Origin: Promethearchaeota archaeon | GTDB taxonomy: Archaea; Asgardarchaeota; Lokiarchaeia; Sigyniarchaeales; SOKP01 | Assembly (NCBI GenBank): GCA_048938005.1 | Contig: JBHLMQ010000005.1 | Coordinates: forward strand, 89,826-153,825 | Length of the DNA: 64,000 bases | Direction: 5' to 3' | Shown: in pieces, positions 9,908-20,609 of the stretch | Numbering within the stretch: position 1 is the first letter of the stretch | How the letters are laid out: each line of letters opens with the position of its first letter | The notes under the pieces: generated by a model | The model's input: only the letters and a program-made list of their open reading frames with translations | The model's database searches: none | What the model was told of the DNA's origin: nothing | Made by a program: the position numbers and the translations under genes

Positions 9908-11959
9908 TTAGGGTGGTGAAAGTAAATTCATTTTCTCTTCAATGTTTTTATTTAATTCTTTTACTTTTTTATCTAAGGTTTTAAGTTCTTTCTTAATTTC
10001 TTCGAATCTACTCTCTTGATCACTCAATTTTTTTACATACCTTTCTTTTAATGAAATTGATTGACTATCCTCACCTAAAACAGCGATATTTTCTCTCAGT
10101 CGAGACTGTTCATCAGTCATTACATCTCTCTCCTCAATTAATTTTTCTTCTTTAGCTCTTAAATCATTCAAAGTTTGTATTAATTCTGCGATTTCTTTGA
10201 GTTGATTTTCAAGATCAGATTCAATAAATTTCTTCCTAACGTAAAATCCGACTCTTTTGAGAAGATCTTCTTTACTATAATTCCATAAATAATTACTTGA
10301 GTAATTTTCTCTTTGTTCTTTAAGCTTAAAGACTATAGCATCTTTTGGTTTCAAAGTCAGTTTGAAACGCCAATAATTAGCAGTTTCTTCAGGTTCAACG
10401 GGTTTCTCTATGAATTTATATTCATAAGTCTTTGGATGATCAAGATAAAGCTCCTTTTCTTCATCAGTTTTATTTTTAATTTTATATGTTATCATTAAAT
10501 TAGTGTAATAGTATTCATAAGAATAGCCACTACCAAATGTCACTCTATGTACACTCAAATTTTCAGATTCTTGTTCATGCGTTATAATAACCGCTTGTTC
10601 TACCGCATAATTTAGCAATCTTGTGTCTTCCTTATTCAAGAACGGAATAATCGCTTCACCAGCAAGATTATCATCATATATGATTGTAACAGGGCCTCTC
10701 TCCAGTGTTAAATTTGTATTATTTGTAATTTCAAGACAAGCATTAGGATTTTTATCATGTTCATTTTTATTATAGAGTAAAATTCTCTTTGCCTTTATCG
10801 ATTCGGTAAGTATTGGAACTAGAGCTGATTGTTTTCTCTTAATTGTTACTGGATTTGAAATATTATATTCGAACAATTCACCTAAATCTTTAGTTTGAGT
10901 TTTAACTTGAGATTTCACTTTGTCATAAATTTCTGTATCTGACATAATAGCACCCCCACGGCCAATTCCACCGACAGGTGGTGCTCCTGGAGGAGCAAAT
11001 GATCTAGTACTTGGAGCTTTAGCTCTTCTTTTCATTGCCATTGGTTTTGCGTCCATTTCTGCCATTGCATAATCTTTAAATTTCTCCATTTCTAATCCTT
11101 CTTCAATTTCAGCAGGACGTGCACTTAATACTTTAGGAGGTTGAATCACTGGTCGCTGAATAAAAATAGGTCGATAAAATTCATAAATAAAGGAAACAGG
11201 CATCCCCGCTACTAAAGATAATTCGATATCTTCCCAATCTTGATTCGTTGTATTTTCTATGAGACTCCATCCAGATAGTAAGCATTTTTGTTCTAATGCT
11301 TGTTGTTTGCTCATAATCAATCGATAGGATGTTTTCCAGATTGGACTTTCGCGTATATAGGATACGAATATATTTCTATCTATTTCATCATCTCCACCAG
11401 ATTCACAATTTATTATTATTTTTTTTGCATCTTTCTTCTTTCCAGCAATTACTGTATCTAAAAAGAATTTCAAATCTTTTTTAATCTCATCATTCATAAT
11501 TTCTAGAGATTTAATTTCTGAGAACTTATATTTGGTTATCATACCGTTATCTTGATGGAGAGTTAATAATTTTTCAGTGATCTTTTCTTCTTTTATAAAT
11601 TTTTCATCATATTCTATTCCCATTATCTTACCTGAAATTTGCTTTGCACCTCCAACTGTTAATATCACATCAGCTCCCTTAATTTGAGTCACAAGAGAAG
11701 AGAATGAATCTGTATCTGGAATATTTAGCATTATGGATTTAAGTAATTGGTTAGTTTCTAATGCAGCATCATAAGATATGGACGAGATATACCCATTTTT
11801 ACTTGTATCTAAAACAAAAAGTGATTTTAATACATCATTCATCTCATCAATCTTAAATTCAAGTTCAAATTTACCAGAACCTTTTAAAATGCCTTCGAGG
11901 ATGTAGTAGGATACACCATGTTTAAATATGATTACTCTTTTTACATTTAATTTTGGCAT
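9908..11959 (-). CDS. DUF4139-family protein
   Basis: MNDVLKSL, WKTSYRL, ENTTNQDWEDIELSLVAGMP, LGELFEY and a C-terminal coiled coil (DEQSRLRENI); no signal peptide. Confidence 0.75.
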   Translation of the reverse strand: MPKLNVKRVIIFKHGVSYYILEGILKGSGKFELEFKIDEMNDVLKSLFVLDTSKNGYISSISYDAALETNQLLKSIMLNIPDTDSFSSLVTQIKGADVILTVGGAKQISGKIMGIEYDEKFIKEEKITEKLLTLHQDNGMITKYKFSEIKSLEIMNDEIKKDLKFFLDTVIAGKKKDAKKIIINCESGGDDEIDRNIFVSYIRESPIWKTSYRLIMSKQQALEQKCLLSGWSLIENTTNQDWEDIELSLVAGMPVSFIYEFYRPIFIQRPVIQPPKVLSARPAEIEEGLEMEKFKDYAMAEMDAKPMAMKRRAKAPSTRSFAPPGAPPVGGIGRGGAIMSDTEIYDKVKSQVKTQTKDLGELFEYNISNPVTIKRKQSALVPILTESIKAKRILLYNKNEHDKNPNACLEITNNTNLTLERGPVTIIYDDNLAGEAIIPFLNKEDTRLLNYAVEQAVIITHEQESENLSVHRVTFGSGYSYEYYYTNLMITYKIKNKTDEEKELYLDHPKTYEYKFIEKPVEPEETANYWRFKLTLKPKDAIVFKLKEQRENYSSNYLWNYSKEDLLKRVGFYVRKKFIESDLENQLKEIAELIQTLNDLRAKEEKLIEERDVMTDEQSRLRENIAVLGEDSQSISLKERYVKKLSDQESRFEEIKKELKTLDKKVKELNKNIEEKMNLLSPP

Positions 11960-12076
11960 AAAATTATTATAACTTATAAAAATTTAAATTTTGATGATTT
12001 AAGAAAAAGGTTTATAATGGCATTAAGGAGATAATTTTTGGGTCAAAAATTAATAAAAGAGAAATTAGATTAATTA

Positions 12077-12583
12077 TTACAAATTTCTTTTTAAAATTTT
12101 CAAGATATCCTCTTCAAGAGTTGAATGATAATTAGGATTTTCCACAATAGCTCCTAAGTATTCACCAGCTTCATTGAAGAAATAAAATGTTGGTATTGCT
12201 TTCAATTCAAACTTTGGATCAGTTGCTTCTGGTGGTGATCGTTTTTTATGCCATATGGTTTCTCCTGGTTTATGTAATGCATTTACCATTATACCATACA
12301 AAATTTGTAGATCAATATCTTCAATCTTGATTTCTTTTACTATTTTTATCATACTGGGTACATTTCTCGAACAATCAGGACACCAATCAGCACCTAAAGC
12401 AACTATTTTCAACTTTTCTTTCTTATTTTTGAGAAAATTTTTAATTTTTTCAAGAACATCTGATTTTGGTTCATAATTTTCAAAATTTCTTTTAATCTGG
12501 TCTCCATATATTTTTAGGTATTCATCTGGTTTCATTGTAGGAGATATTAAATCACTCCATTTCAAATTAAGTTTCGATTTCAT
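12077..12583 (-). CDS. thioredoxin-family protein
   Basis: ADWCPDC active site; cis-Pro motif AIPTF. Confidence 0.85.
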   Translation of the reverse strand: MKSKLNLKWSDLISPTMKPDEYLKIYGDQIKRNFENYEPKSDVLEKIKNFLKNKKEKLKIVALGADWCPDCSRNVPSMIKIVKEIKIEDIDLQILYGIMVNALHKPGETIWHKKRSPPEATDPKFELKAIPTFYFFNEAGEYLGAIVENPNYHSTLEEDILKILKRNL

Positions 12584-12747
12584 ATTTATTATTGAAATTG
12601 CTTATTTTAAAAAAATTGTTTTAATGAATCATAAAACTATACCCTTAAAATTTTAATAGAGAAAAATAAATGATAGTTAAAATATATAAACAATGAATTT
12701 TTAATTTCTGAAAAGACTTTTTAAAAGATAAAAATTGGTGGTTTAAT

Positions 12748-14577
12748 ATTTTATATTCTTTTAGAGGACAGATATTGAGTATAAATCTTACAACCGAAGA
12801 AGTTTCGATAAAACCATTAAATGAAGAAATCGCAGAAAATTTCTTAGGAGGAGCTGGTTATGCTTGTCGTTATCTTTATGATAAATTAGAAAAAAAAACG
12901 GAGCCTCTCTCTCATGAGAATATCATTATGATAATGACAGGTCCACTTAATGGAACTTTTGCTCCGAATACTGGACGATGGGTCGTATGTTCAAAATCAC
13001 CATATACAGGAATATGGGGAGAATCAAATTGTGGAAGTTGGTTTGGAGCTGAAGTAAAGAAAGCTGGTTTTGATGGGATCGAAATAACTGGTGCTTCTGA
13101 AAATCCTGTATATATCGAAATTAGAGATAACAATGTTCATATCAAAAATGCAGAGTTTCTATGGGGAAAGGGTACTTTTCATACCACAAAAAAACTAAAG
13201 GAAGTCTTTGGAGACAATAAAGCAAAAGTAGCTTGTATCGGTATAGCAGGAGAGAATCTAGTGAAATATGCAAATATAATCTCTGAAGAAAGGGCCGCGG
13301 GTAGAACTGGAATGGGTGCAATTTTAGGTTCCAAGAAGTTAAAAGCAATCATAGCTAAAGGATCAAATATCAAAGTTAATGTAGCAAATAAAGAAAAGTT
13401 AAATAAAGCTATTAAAGCAGCTAGAGAATACGTGAAATCATCTCTTGCATCATATATATTAGGTAAATTTGGAACTGCTGCAGCCCTCGATTTGTATAAT
13501 GTAACAAGTGAATTACCTATAAAATACCACACAAAACCTAAATGGGATAAAGCAATTAATATTTCTGGAGTAATTATGGCGGAAACTATATTAATTAAAC
13601 AAAATTATTGTCATTCTTGTGTTATAGGATGTGGAAGGATTATTGAAGTTAAAGAGGGGAAATATAAAACCGATGAAATAAAAGGTCCTGAATATGAGAC
13701 TATTTGTGGTTATGGGAGTTTAATCCTTAATGATGATTTAGAATTCATTTCTCATATTAATAAGAAATGTAATGATTATGGCATCGACACAATTAGTTCA
13801 AGTGGAGTCATAGGAAGTGTGTTTTATCACTATAATTTAAATAATATAAATTCAGAAGATCTAGGGGGATTAAAACCAAAATGGGGAGATCAAAAAATAA
13901 CTGAACAATTTTTAGAAAAAATTGTGAAGAAAGAAGGAATTGGTAAGGTTCTTGCTGAAGGTTCAGATTATTTTGCTGAAACTTTTAACATTGATAGAGA
14001 AGAATTCGCAACGGTTAATAGATTAGAAGTTACTTATCATGACAGTCGTTCTAACTATGGTATGGCAATAGCTTACGGAATTGGGCCCCGTGGTCCGTCT
14101 CATAACGCATGCGATGCTTATTACATATTAAGGGGTATTCCTTTGGATGAAATTGGTATTAACCAAATTGATACATATAAAAACGATATGGAAATGGCAG
14201 AATTTTGTTCCTTACTAATGGACTATAGAGCATTATATAGCTCAATGATAATGTGTTCTTTCTGTAACCCTTTACCGTCTCAAAATGCTGAGATAATTAA
14301 ATATGCAACTGGATTAAATTTTGGACTTAACGAAATTAAATTGTATGGTGAAAGAATCGCTAATATGAAACGTCTTTTTAATATTAAAATGGGATTAACG
14401 CATAAAGATGATAGAATACCACAGATTTTATTAAGGCCCTTTAGAGAAGGAGGATCGGCAGGAAAAATACCCAATTTTAAAAAGTTAAAAAAACTTTTTT
14501 ATGAATATCGGAATTGGGATCCCTCAACTGGAATACCCAGGGAGAATAAACTTAAATATTTAAACTTGAAATTATAA
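12748..14577 (+). CDS. aor: tungsten-type aldehyde:ferredoxin oxidoreductase
   Basis: KSPYTGIWGES, AAGRTGMGAILGSKKLKAI, CHSCVIGC, GPEYET, DYGIDTIS. The homologous N-terminus (LYSFRGQILSINL) extends upstream of TTG 12775; probable start ATT 12748. Confidence 0.9.
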   Translation: MLYSFRGQILSINLTTEEVSIKPLNEEIAENFLGGAGYACRYLYDKLEKKTEPLSHENIIMIMTGPLNGTFAPNTGRWVVCSKSPYTGIWGESNCGSWFGAEVKKAGFDGIEITGASENPVYIEIRDNNVHIKNAEFLWGKGTFHTTKKLKEVFGDNKAKVACIGIAGENLVKYANIISEERAAGRTGMGAILGSKKLKAIIAKGSNIKVNVANKEKLNKAIKAAREYVKSSLASYILGKFGTAAALDLYNVTSELPIKYHTKPKWDKAINISGVIMAETILIKQNYCHSCVIGCGRIIEVKEGKYKTDEIKGPEYETICGYGSLILNDDLEFISHINKKCNDYGIDTISSSGVIGSVFYHYNLNNINSEDLGGLKPKWGDQKITEQFLEKIVKKEGIGKVLAEGSDYFAETFNIDREEFATVNRLEVTYHDSRSNYGMAIAYGIGPRGPSHNACDAYYILRGIPLDEIGINQIDTYKNDMEMAEFCSLLMDYRALYSSMIMCSFCNPLPSQNAEIIKYATGLNFGLNEIKLYGERIANMKRLFNIKMGLTHKDDRIPQILLRPFREGGSAGKIPNFKKLKKLFYEYRNWDPSTGIPRENKLKYLNLKL

Positions 14578-14582
14578 ATAAG

Positions 14583-15116
14583 TTAGGATTCTTGGGAATC
14601 CCTATTTTTAAGAATTAGTTTTGTCAATAGATCAAAAATTTTATGGACATTTTCACCATTTTTAGAACTACACTCAATAAATCCATTAGCTCCTTTTGTT
14701 ATTGCTAATTTCATTGCTTTTTTGGTGGAAATTTCTTTTAAATGCATTAAATCTGTCTTTCCACCAACAAAAACGATTGGTAAATCATAATCGATTTCAT
14801 TCTCAACGATTTCAAACCAATCATCTACATGTGCAAGTGAACCATAATTAGTAATATCATACATAAAGACCGCACCATTAGCGCCCCTAATATAAGAAGG
14901 AAATAAGAATCTAAATCGTTCTTCACCAGCAAAATCCCATATCTGGAGCTTTATCATCTCCCCATTTATTTCAATAGGTTTGAGGTGAAAATCTACTCCA
15001 AGTGTCATAGTTATATCCTCTTTAAATAAATTCGTCAAAAATCTGTGAGTTAATGTAGTCTTACCAGTTTGTGAATCTCCAAAAATTACTATCTTATATG
15101 TTGAAGAAAATGCCAA
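14583..15116 (-). CDS. Rab-like small GTPase (canonical order)
   Basis: GDSQTGKT, TLGVDF, KLQIWDFAGEERF, GGKTD (variant G4), ECSSK; no C-terminal prenylation Cys. Confidence 0.92.
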   Translation of the reverse strand: MAFSSTYKIVIFGDSQTGKTTLTHRFLTNLFKEDITMTLGVDFHLKPIEINGEMIKLQIWDFAGEERFRFLFPSYIRGANGAVFMYDITNYGSLAHVDDWFEIVENEIDYDLPIVFVGGKTDLMHLKEISTKKAMKLAITKGANGFIECSSKNGENVHKIFDLLTKLILKNRDSQES

Positions 15117-15281
15117 CCCAAATACCCGACAAATATGAATATTATACCTAAGTCTATAGGTTTCTTTTTGGTGTTATGTAATATATAATTTATATGCTTA
15201 AAAATTTTACATTAAATTCAAACTATACAAATTAGGTATAATATACTTCTTACGTAGTTAAAATTAAGATTGGTTCTGTTT

Positions 15282-17591
15282 TTAAGATTTGGAATTAATA
15301 ATTTTCTTTAATAAGTATAAAGCTCCATTTTTATCCAAAGGATCATTATTATTGCCACATTTAGGACTCATTATACATACCGGGCAACCATCAGAGCTTT
15401 TACAATTGCAAGTATTAATTAAATTATAAGTTATTTTTAGTAATTCATTTAAATTGTAATAAAGTGCTTCTGATATCCCAATACCTCCTCTATATGCATC
15501 ATAGATATAAATTATAGGCTGCTGCTTAACTGGATCAAAATCAATTGAAACTCCGCCTAAATCCCATCGACTTATTTGAGCCAATGTTGGTGCCGTAGCA
15601 ATCATCGCATGTTCTATAGCATGAATAGTTCCTCCAAGATCATATCCTTTTAATTCCAATTTTTTTTGATATTCAAAAGGTATAAGGTACCATAGAGCTT
15701 GGCTCTCAAACTCGATAAGAGGGATATCTTCTAGCAGATGTCTTGAGCGTATTTCTTGAGTTAATGTATCAATAGTTTTATAGGAGTAATACTCATGCTC
15801 TACTTTCACATTTCCAAAAAATGTTTTGATATCGTTGTTTAGACTTAATGAATTTTCTGAAATTACTTCAAGAGGAAATATATTGGTATGTTTTAAAGAT
15901 TGAGTGTAAAAATCGACATCTGCTCTTTTTAGATATACCACTCTTTCTTTTAAATCGAGTTCTTCTACTAAGTAAGTTTCTGTTTCATAAAGGTAAACAG
16001 CTCCTTGATGCAAATCACGGAACACGAAACTTTCATCTTCAACAGTTAAAAGTTCTACACCTAATTCAGTTCTTAGAAAGACTTTATAACTTCGATTTGA
16101 AAGATCATTTAATGCATATTTATCATTAGGAAAAAAATCACTATTCCAAAAATACCGATCTCCTCTTTTCATTAATAAGGATTCTGAAACTAATTCCTCC
16201 AAACATACAATAAATAGGCTTTTTTCCTGAATTCCAAATTTTAAATAATCTTCAACTCTTATTGGGCTTTCTTTACTTGCACAGCAGATATGATTTTTAA
16301 GAATATATTTATTTTTTAATGTGATTAGAACTTCTTCTTGGACTGGTCCAAATAATTTATGGGGATTATGAATATAAAATAGATCTAAAGGATTTTGCAT
16401 TGGAATAAAAGTTGATATTGAGAGATCAGTACCTCTTCCAGAACGACCTATTTGCTGTTTAAAGCTTGAAATTGTGCCTGGAAATCCAGAGCTTATAGTT
16501 GCTTCTAAAGATCCTATATCGATTCCTAACTCAAGTGCATTGGTGGAGCTAATTCCCAAAATATTCTTGTGTTTGAAGTTTTGCTCAATTTCTCTTCTTT
16601 TTTTTTTACTGATTCCAGCACGATAACTAAAAATTTTATTTTTTAGAGAGGGTAATGAATTTCTTGTCCAAATAGCTTGGAGTTCTGCCATTTTCCTAGA
16701 TAGTGTAAAGGTTAATGTCTGAATTCCTTTTTTCAAATGACTAACAAATAGATTTTTAGTTTCTTGGTGAGCTGAACGGTATTTTTTGGATACATCATCA
16801 TAGGGTAAATCCCATAAAATCACTTTTTTAGCACCAGAAGGAGAATAATCCTTATCCACTAGAGAAAACTCTTCACCAACTAATTTTTCAGCGAATTCTT
16901 TAGGATTATGGATTGTAGCACTTGATAATATCCATAAAGGTTTTATATTGTATTTTTCAAGTATTCTTTTTAATCGTCTTATTAAAAAGGCAAAATTAGA
17001 ACCAAAAATACCTCTATAAATATGAATTTCATCCAATACGATATATTTTAGGTTTTTACAAATTCGAATCCACTTTTGTTTGAACCAAGGTAAATAATAA
17101 TGCAAACCATAAGGATTTGTGATTATAATATTTGCATTATCTAAAATCTGCCTTTTCTCGTTAGGTTCTACATCTCCATCATATACACCGATCCTATTTT
17201 CTTTAATATTTGTTTCTTGAAGTAATTTTGATAAAACAGTAAATTGATCACGTGCTAATGCCTTAGTCGGAAATAAATAAAGAGCCGTAGTTTTAGGATC
17301 TTCTAATATTGATTGGAGAACAGGTAAATTATAACAAAGAGATTTTCCAGAAGCAGTAGAAGTAACGATTACAGTATTTTTACCTTCAAGAATATTATTG
17401 ATTGCTTCAACTTGATGTCTCCATAACCTGATATTGTTATTATCTAGCCAACGTTGAAGTCTTTTTTTTAAAGGTGTATTTAATTCATCAAATTGTGCTT
17501 TGGATTCAGGAATGGCTTCAATATGAACGATTTGGCCACTGTAATAATCTTGAGACCTTAAAAAGCTCAAAAAGTCTTCAAAATCTACCAT
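15282..17591 (-). CDS. Hrq1/MrfA/SftH-type SF2 helicase with DUF1998 Zn domain
   Basis: TASGKSL, PTKALARDQ, DEIHIYRGIFGS, ALELGIDIG, and C-terminal CNC...GCPVC...KCGN. Confidence 0.92.
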   Translation of the reverse strand: MVDFEDFLSFLRSQDYYSGQIVHIEAIPESKAQFDELNTPLKKRLQRWLDNNNIRLWRHQVEAINNILEGKNTVIVTSTASGKSLCYNLPVLQSILEDPKTTALYLFPTKALARDQFTVLSKLLQETNIKENRIGVYDGDVEPNEKRQILDNANIIITNPYGLHYYLPWFKQKWIRICKNLKYIVLDEIHIYRGIFGSNFAFLIRRLKRILEKYNIKPLWILSSATIHNPKEFAEKLVGEEFSLVDKDYSPSGAKKVILWDLPYDDVSKKYRSAHQETKNLFVSHLKKGIQTLTFTLSRKMAELQAIWTRNSLPSLKNKIFSYRAGISKKKRREIEQNFKHKNILGISSTNALELGIDIGSLEATISSGFPGTISSFKQQIGRSGRGTDLSISTFIPMQNPLDLFYIHNPHKLFGPVQEEVLITLKNKYILKNHICCASKESPIRVEDYLKFGIQEKSLFIVCLEELVSESLLMKRGDRYFWNSDFFPNDKYALNDLSNRSYKVFLRTELGVELLTVEDESFVFRDLHQGAVYLYETETYLVEELDLKERVVYLKRADVDFYTQSLKHTNIFPLEVISENSLSLNNDIKTFFGNVKVEHEYYSYKTIDTLTQEIRSRHLLEDIPLIEFESQALWYLIPFEYQKKLELKGYDLGGTIHAIEHAMIATAPTLAQISRWDLGGVSIDFDPVKQQPIIYIYDAYRGGIGISEALYYNLNELLKITYNLINTCNCKSSDGCPVCIMSPKCGNNNDPLDKNGALYLLKKIINSKS

Positions 17592-17822
17592 AAACGCTTC
17601 AAGATTTATAATACTATATACTAAATAAAAATTTCAAAAGAGAGTTGATTTATTTATTTTTCGAACTTTAATTTACAAATTTAATTCTCATTTTTAACAA
17701 TTGATCTTTTTCCTAAAATTTTTAAATAAATTTATAGACAAAATCTATTTTATTCTTAGTATAGCATTTTTTTTATGATATAAAATCAAATTAGTATAAA
17801 TAAAATTTTTTCTGATTGGAAA

Positions 17823-18830
17823 ATGTCGGATTCTGATTGGAATAAAGTTGGTTTTCAATTATTTATTAATGAATATGGGAAAGATATTATTATTGAGAAT
17901 GCTCCAACAATATTATACTCAAAAAAAGATAAAGAGCACGAAGCTTATAATTCATTAATAGCTTTCTTTTTCATTGCTGGTTTTATGCTCATTTATACTG
18001 CGCTCTCATATTTTCTTGCATTTATATTTTTCAATTTAATCCTATTTACCACTATTATAATTGTATGTGTTATTGCTGATGTTTTTTTAATTATTAATGT
18101 TATAAAATCTAATGTTTATATTAAATTAATAGAATGTTGGGTTGAAATTTATAAAGGTAAATCTGAAAATAATTCTGATTTTTATTGTTTTATATATTAT
18201 CCAATTTTTACTGGAAAATGTCATCCGAATGAAGCCAAAAATGTGATTTTTAAGTTATATCAAGAACAAGTAATAAAGAGCAAAATAGACATCACCCAAA
18301 TTGAGGTTTATTTGAAATTAAGCCATGAAGATCATCAAATTAAGGAAAAGTTAGGTTATTTTTTCCAATATGCTGAAGGGAGACCTTTCAAAGATGAAAA
18401 CATTAATCGCGCTTCTTGGAAATATTTTCCCTCTGAACAATTGGGAATTGAGAATTACATAGCTGTAGGGAATTGGGATCATCAATATGAATGGAGAAAT
18501 GATTTGGAATTTGATTTTGATAAATTACATGAGTATGCTCCGTGGGTTATTCAAAGATGGAATGATTCTAATTTAAAACTCTTAACAGAGGATGATAAAG
18601 TAAAAATAAATTGGAATTTAAGGTATATTGAATCTACTCCTAAATTAAAGCCTTGGGAAGGGAACTTTAAAGATCAAAAGCATGAAAATCCTTTGGCATA
18701 TAGAGATCTTGATATTGTAAATGAGGCTATAACAAAAATTATTGGCCATGATAAAAAAGTAGAAAAAACAAAAGATATTAAAGAAGAGTTAGCAATGTTT
18801 AAATCTTATTTCAGAGATTTAGGTTCTTAA
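17823..18830 (+). CDS. hypothetical protein with two N-terminal TM helices
   Basis: 335-aa ORF; hydrophobic segments at about aa 43-95. Confidence 0.7.
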   Translation: MSDSDWNKVGFQLFINEYGKDIIIENAPTILYSKKDKEHEAYNSLIAFFFIAGFMLIYTALSYFLAFIFFNLILFTTIIIVCVIADVFLIINVIKSNVYIKLIECWVEIYKGKSENNSDFYCFIYYPIFTGKCHPNEAKNVIFKLYQEQVIKSKIDITQIEVYLKLSHEDHQIKEKLGYFFQYAEGRPFKDENINRASWKYFPSEQLGIENYIAVGNWDHQYEWRNDLEFDFDKLHEYAPWVIQRWNDSNLKLLTEDDKVKINWNLRYIESTPKLKPWEGNFKDQKHENPLAYRDLDIVNEAITKIIGHDKKVEKTKDIKEELAMFKSYFRDLGS

Positions 18831-20382
18831 ACATTTCTTTGTTTCTTTTATAAATTTGTATATATTCACTAAATAATTTTTCATAAATTTTATTATTTTC
18901 TGTATTTGGATGAAAAACATTTTTAGACTTAATTAGTGGAATAGCGTCTGAAAATCTTTTTAAAATTCCTAAACCTACCATTGATATTATCGCAGAACCT
19001 TTAGCAGCAGCTAACTCAGGTTCTTCCATTTGAATAATTTTTCGGTTTAACACATCTGATAGAATTTGACACCAGATAGCTGATTTTGCTCCGCCCCCTA
19101 TACAATTAAACTCATCAGTTTGACCTATTAATTTTTCTATAAAAATTAAGGACCATTTTAGATTGTAAGCAACCCCCTCATAGACTGATCTCAGAATATC
19201 TTCTCTTGTATGCTCAAGACTTAGATTATAGAATCCCCCTCGAATATTTGGATTATTTATAGGGCTTCTTTCTCCAAACATCCATGGCGTAAAAATTAGA
19301 TTTTTAGCGCCAACTTCAGCTTTTTCGATAAGCGAATCTAGATATTTGTATAATTCTTTAGAACGCCCTTTAAATTTTTCAATCTCATTTACAAACATTT
19401 GATTTGCAATCCAATCAAGACAACTAGCACCAGTTTCTTGTTTTGAAATACACAAATAATTTCCTTGAGAAGAACTCATAATACCAGTGTAATGACGGAT
19501 ATCTAATAATCTCTTAGATGTATGAACAGCGACCCAATCAGCCGTTCCTAAACATATAATTGGTTTATTATCTAAAATTCCGCCTGAGCCTAATGCTGCA
19601 GAAGATAAATCGCCGGAACTCACAAAAAGAGGAATTCCCGATTTCAAGTTTAGCTGTTTAGAAGCTTCAGTTGTTAAGTCTCCTGCGATTTCGGTAGATT
19701 TTTTTATTTCAGGTAATTTTTCTTTATCAATTTTAAATTTTTTTAAAATTTTATCAGACCAATCAGATATATCAAGGTTAGTATTCATCATCCAAGATAT
19801 ATGACCTAAATCCCTTGAAGTAACAGCTTTTTTGGTGCATCTGTAAATAATAAAATCTTTCACACTTAGAAATTTATATGTTTTTTCATAAATTTCTGGC
19901 TGATATTTCTTAATCCACAAAATATGCGAAATTGGATCTTTTCCATTAAATCCAGGAGCACCTCCTGTGATTTTAAGAAACATCAATATATTTCTTAATC
20001 CATAACCAGATATTTTTATTAACCCTTTTGAAAATTTTCGAGTTAAGGGAGCAGCACGCGTGTCTAACCAGCTAATACTGTTCATTAAGGGATTGCCAAT
20101 ATTATCTATAGGAATCGTGCAATTCATTTGACAATCAAATGCTAATGTGAGAATATCATCAGGACCTATATTATTCTGTTGAATTAATGTATTAGTGGCT
20201 TGTTTTACTGCATCCCAATAATCTTCTGGATTTTGTTCTGCCCATCCTAGTTTTGGGTAATATAGAGGATAATTTACTTTTATTTGAGATATTAGTTCTA
20301 AATTTAAATCGAATAAAGCAGCCTTATTGCCAGATGTCCCTAAATCATGAGTTAAAATATATTTTCCTTCCAAGATTATCAC
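18811..20382 (-). CDS. FGGY-family carbohydrate kinase (xylulokinase-like)
   Basis: HDLGTSGNK, GWAEQNPEDYW, SWLDTRA, GERSP, GGGAKS. Confidence 0.92.
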   Translation of the reverse strand: MIILEGKYILTHDLGTSGNKAALFDLNLELISQIKVNYPLYYPKLGWAEQNPEDYWDAVKQATNTLIQQNNIGPDDILTLAFDCQMNCTIPIDNIGNPLMNSISWLDTRAAPLTRKFSKGLIKISGYGLRNILMFLKITGGAPGFNGKDPISHILWIKKYQPEIYEKTYKFLSVKDFIIYRCTKKAVTSRDLGHISWMMNTNLDISDWSDKILKKFKIDKEKLPEIKKSTEIAGDLTTEASKQLNLKSGIPLFVSSGDLSSAALGSGGILDNKPIICLGTADWVAVHTSKRLLDIRHYTGIMSSSQGNYLCISKQETGASCLDWIANQMFVNEIEKFKGRSKELYKYLDSLIEKAEVGAKNLIFTPWMFGERSPINNPNIRGGFYNLSLEHTREDILRSVYEGVAYNLKWSLIFIEKLIGQTDEFNCIGGGAKSAIWCQILSDVLNRKIIQMEEPELAAAKGSAIISMVGLGILKRFSDAIPLIKSKNVFHPNTENNKIYEKLFSEYIQIYKRNKEMFKNLNL

Positions 20383-20609
20383 AATTTTTTTTTATTGTTT
20401 ATTTGTATTTTGTTTGAATTATTAATAAATTTAAAAATATCCATTAGGGTTTTAATACCAACAATTTTGTAATCGTTTATAGTATAATATAAAGATTTTG
20501 ATAACTATATTAGTTATTATATCATTATAAAAACTTATAAAAAGTTAATTTTTAATATTAAAAAATTTATTGACTTTTCATAAAAGCAAAAAAAGAGGTT
20601 AGTTCTAAA

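Noticed and set aside
15282-17591. DUF1998 helicase as part of a DISARM/Druantia/Dpd defence system
   Set aside because: Single-chain Hrq1/SftH architecture with no defence genes adjacent; a housekeeping repair role is more likely.
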